Shown here: positions 61,596-64,000 of the stretch, one piece after another
Layout: each line of letters opens with the position of its first letter
Position numbering within the stretch: position 1 is the stretch's first letter
The notes under the pieces: model-generated
What the model was told of the DNA's origin: nothing
The model's input: the letters and a program-made list of their open reading frames with translations, nothing else
Database searches by the model: none
Source of the DNA: Candidatus Saccharimonadales bacterium
Lineage (GTDB): Bacteria; Patescibacteriota; Saccharimonadia; UBA4664; DATIHN01
Reading direction: 5' to 3'
DNA: 64,000 nt
Assembly: GCA_035480635.1 (NCBI GenBank)
Contig: DATIHN010000016.1
Coordinates: 76,017 to 140,016, forward strand
Translations under genes and position numbers: made by a program

Positions 61596-63689
61596 TTACT
61601 CTCCTTTCTTCAGTTTAGAGGGTTTTGCCGCCGGCAACGTTAGACTAAAGGTCGTGCCCTTCCCCGGCTCTGATGACTCCAGGCGAATTAATCCGCCCAT
61701 CCCTTCCATCAGCATTTTGGAAATATAGAGGCCGAGACCGGTCCCATGAGTCGTGTCCCTGGCACTCCCAGGCTTGAGACTCCCCGGCGTCGCTCGCGAG
61801 AGAATGTTTTCTTCGGCCTGCTGAAACTTTTTAAACAGCAGATTGTGTCTCTCTGGCGGAATGCCTTCGCCGGTATCGGTCACAAAAATGCGAACGTAGT
61901 CAGGATGCGATTCCAGCCGCATAGTAATGCTACCGCTGTGGGTAAAGGTTACAGCATTTGAGAGCAAATTAATCAAAACTTGTCGCAGCTTGATTTGATC
62001 AGCCCTGGCCACAATTTTACCTCGACCATCCAGAATCTCCAATTTCAGTTCAAGACCTTGTTGACCAACAGTATGCTGATATTCCTTAACCAACCCTTGT
62101 AGCAGTTCTGGCAAATCAACCGCCGTGAGCTCAAATTTAATGCGATTTTGCTCTAGTCTCGAGGTATCTAGGAAATCGTTGACCATTTGGATCAGGCGTC
62201 GGCTAGAATCATAAATGTCTTTGGTCATACCGGCTAGCTCCGGATTTTTAACTTTCGGAATGACGTGCTCAGCGATCATGGCGGCGTTGCCCATGATGAC
62301 AGTTAGCGGCGTTCTAAGTTCGTGCGAGGCGATCGAAAAGAACTCATCCCGAGCTCGCTTCAGGCTGCGTTCAAGAGTGATGTCTTCGAATAAAATGATA
62401 CTCCCAATCACCGGCGCTTGACCCGGTGATTCAGTCACCGGTGCCACATAGATCCGCAAGAATTTCTCTAATAGTGGGACCTCGCCCAAACTATGGCTGG
62501 TGATGGTGTTAATAGCATTGCTGATGGTTTGCTCCAACTTAATTTTGGGCATGAGTCGTTCGAGCTCGGCTAGTTTTACCTCCTTGGCTCGTTTCGGGTC
62601 GGCAAATAGAATTCGTCTGGCGGCGTCATTAACCATGGTGATATTTAGGTTGGCATCGGTCATGATGAAACCGATGTTAAAAGCATTAATGGAAGCTCTC
62701 AGCCTGGTATGGGCTTCTTCTAATTGCTGCCGGTTTTGGCGGAAGTATTGGCTAAGCAGTAGGGCAATCTGGCCAAACTCGCTGGTACTGGTGCCGAGTT
62801 CTTCGAGATTATTAGGGTCCTTAGTAGCAAGCGTTCGAGATATTTTATTCAAAGGGTTAGTCACGTAGCGAGTCAAAAACCAGAGTAGGGCTAGTAGTAC
62901 CGGGATAACGATGATAACGAAGTTTTTCACGCGCTGGGAATTCTGGGTATAGAGTTCACGAATGCTTGGAGCATCAGCTGTAGCCTGTAAGCGGGCGATG
63001 GTTTGGCCATTCATATCGCCTAGAGTCTTGTCGATGACGACCTGGCCCGTGCTCGGATCAGGCATGGTTGGGTTATCGTTGCCGCTCAGTAAATTGACGT
63101 TACTTTTTGAATCGTTACCCAGGCGTTGGCGAAATTCAGCGTTGTAGAGCCGGCCGACAAAGAAGTAGCCTTGGGGCACGGTTTGTCGGTTCGGGTCATT
63201 AGATGGGTGGATGGTGGCAGCTCGGATCTCGACGATGCCTGAAGATGTCCGCACAAAAAAGTGGGCTAGGCGCTGTTTAGTAAACACTTGAGCGATTTCG
63301 GCTTTCGATAACGGCAAGTCGATGGCCGAGACATTCGAACCATTATTCTGATAAACCTTGGTGCCATCGGTCCGAAAGACCCAAATAGCATCGACCTGAT
63401 AGGTGCTAAGAGCAGTATCCAGGTTGTCTTGAGCAAATTTTTTGGTGGGTTTTTTGACGAAAGCCACCATATCATCCCAATAGGTGTAGTCGGTTGCCAA
63501 GTTGGCCTGGGGTTCACCATCCAAGCGGTAAACGGCCGAAAACAGCCGTTGGCGTTCATCGACGACGTCTTGGTATAGAGTCTCGGTGTGGCGCTTTTCA
63601 CTCTGTGATAAGACGAATAGACCGATGGCTGCGGCAGCTAGCAGAGCAAGCATCAGCAGTATGACGCGATATTGGGTTTTGATTTTCAC
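61596..63689 (-). CDS. sensor histidine kinase with a large extracytoplasmic sensor domain
   Basis: N-terminal TM, ~250-aa periplasmic domain and a second TM. HisKA H-box SHELRTPLT. HATPase_c G-boxes (DTGEGI, GTGLGL). Confidence 0.85.
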   Translation of the reverse strand: MKIKTQYRVILLMLALLAAAAIGLFVLSQSEKRHTETLYQDVVDERQRLFSAVYRLDGEPQANLATDYTYWDDMVAFVKKPTKKFAQDNLDTALSTYQVDAIWVFRTDGTKVYQNNGSNVSAIDLPLSKAEIAQVFTKQRLAHFFVRTSSGIVEIRAATIHPSNDPNRQTVPQGYFFVGRLYNAEFRQRLGNDSKSNVNLLSGNDNPTMPDPSTGQVVIDKTLGDMNGQTIARLQATADAPSIRELYTQNSQRVKNFVIIVIPVLLALLWFLTRYVTNPLNKISRTLATKDPNNLEELGTSTSEFGQIALLLSQYFRQNRQQLEEAHTRLRASINAFNIGFIMTDANLNITMVNDAARRILFADPKRAKEVKLAELERLMPKIKLEQTISNAINTITSHSLGEVPLLEKFLRIYVAPVTESPGQAPVIGSIILFEDITLERSLKRARDEFFSIASHELRTPLTVIMGNAAMIAEHVIPKVKNPELAGMTKDIYDSSRRLIQMVNDFLDTSRLEQNRIKFELTAVDLPELLQGLVKEYQHTVGQQGLELKLEILDGRGKIVARADQIKLRQVLINLLSNAVTFTHSGSITMRLESHPDYVRIFVTDTGEGIPPERHNLLFKKFQQAEENILSRATPGSLKPGSARDTTHGTGLGLYISKMLMEGMGGLIRLESSEPGKGTTFSLTLPAAKPSKLKKGE

Positions 63690-63749
63690 CTCGCGCTCAC
63701 CATAAGCATTATAAATAGTTTACCACCTGGACGGCCTGATACGGAACTT

Positions 63750-63800
63750 CTTACCCCCCAGCACTATTCTCCCGCTCCCACTCAATCTACCCCCACGCCT
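63750..63800 (+). repeat. pyrimidine-rich tract (cluster 4)
   Basis: cttaccccccagcactattctcccgctcccactcaatctacccccacgcc. Confidence 0.45.
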
Positions 63801-63817
63801 TTTGCCCAGCGTCTTTT

Positions 63818-63893
63818 ACCGTTCGGCCTTAAGACTGGCTCGCGAGTTATCGTCGCTCGCTAATAGGACGTACAGTCTTTCGGCTCGAACGGT
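63818..63893 (+). repeat. M3 hairpin repeat, copy b
   Basis: Matches 49995-50070 apart from a few substitutions. Confidence 0.7.
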
Positions 63894-63914
63894 TATATTT
63901 ATTAAACATTCATA

Positions 63915-63966
63915 CAGCAGATTGCGAAGAACAAAGTAGGGGGAGATATTAACTGAGCAATCTGCT
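63915..63966 (+). repeat. H2 hairpin repeat, copy e (reverse orientation)
   Basis: cagcagattgcgaagaacaaagtagggggagatattaactgagcaatctgctc. It is followed by tagatgatctag and the start of an H1 arm (…cccaccaa) truncated by the window edge. Confidence 0.65.
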
Positions 63967-64000
63967 CTAGATGATCTAGAAAAAGACACCCACCCACCAA

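Overview
The window is a gene-dense piece of bacterial chromosome with about 50% GC. Most genes are on the minus strand and there are no rRNA genes. I identify standard housekeeping genes: rpsP, a KH-domain protein gene, rnc, nusB, rpmF, yceD, leuS, murF, obg, mltG, ruvX, ftsA, alaS, mnmA, tatD, metG, ksgA, pcrA, tpiA, pgk, the pyr cluster (pyrB/C/D/F and a pyrE-like gene), tatA, an ABC exporter and a two-component system. There are three tRNAs: Ala-GGC, Ala-CGC and Glu-TTC. The window also carries a notable cell-surface and cell-wall gene set: a sortase with an adjacent substrate, large Ig-repeat surface proteins, a LysM-CHAP hydrolase, an RpfB-like Rpf, a transglutaminase-like protein, a secreted lipase and a CvpA-CAP fusion. 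The gene content and the reduced, fused architectures suggest a small-genome, Gram-positive-type bacterium, possibly a Patescibacteria or Saccharibacteria-like lineage. That placement is inference only.

Observations not explained by ordinary annotation:
- A modular family of hairpin-forming repeats (H1 about 80 nt, H2 about 55 nt, M3 about 75 nt, plus a C/T-rich tract) occurs in four intergenic clusters. Different copies carry compensatory substitutions that preserve the stems. Inverted copies bracket tpiA.
- A roughly 675-nt GC-rich, ORF-free locus between obg and the LysM-CHAP gene has its own sigma70-like promoter, a perfect UUCG-capped intrinsic terminator and an 11-bp long-range helix. 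It is a candidate large structured ncRNA of unknown class.
- LeuS carries an in-frame NUDIX-hydrolase domain with a perfect Nudix box inside its editing (CP1) region.
- A higher-GC accessory island between ksgA and pcrA contains duplicated micro-operons: small hydrophobic peptides translationally coupled to paralogous ~100-aa proteins, two paralogous small proteins with near-consensus promoters and identical terminators, and an Rpf gene.
- Two tandem secreted paralogs share a conserved 45-aa N-terminal leader but have unrelated C-termini.
- The 3' end of tRNA-Glu is duplicated as a 19-nt direct repeat 131 nt downstream of the gene (114-nt spacer).
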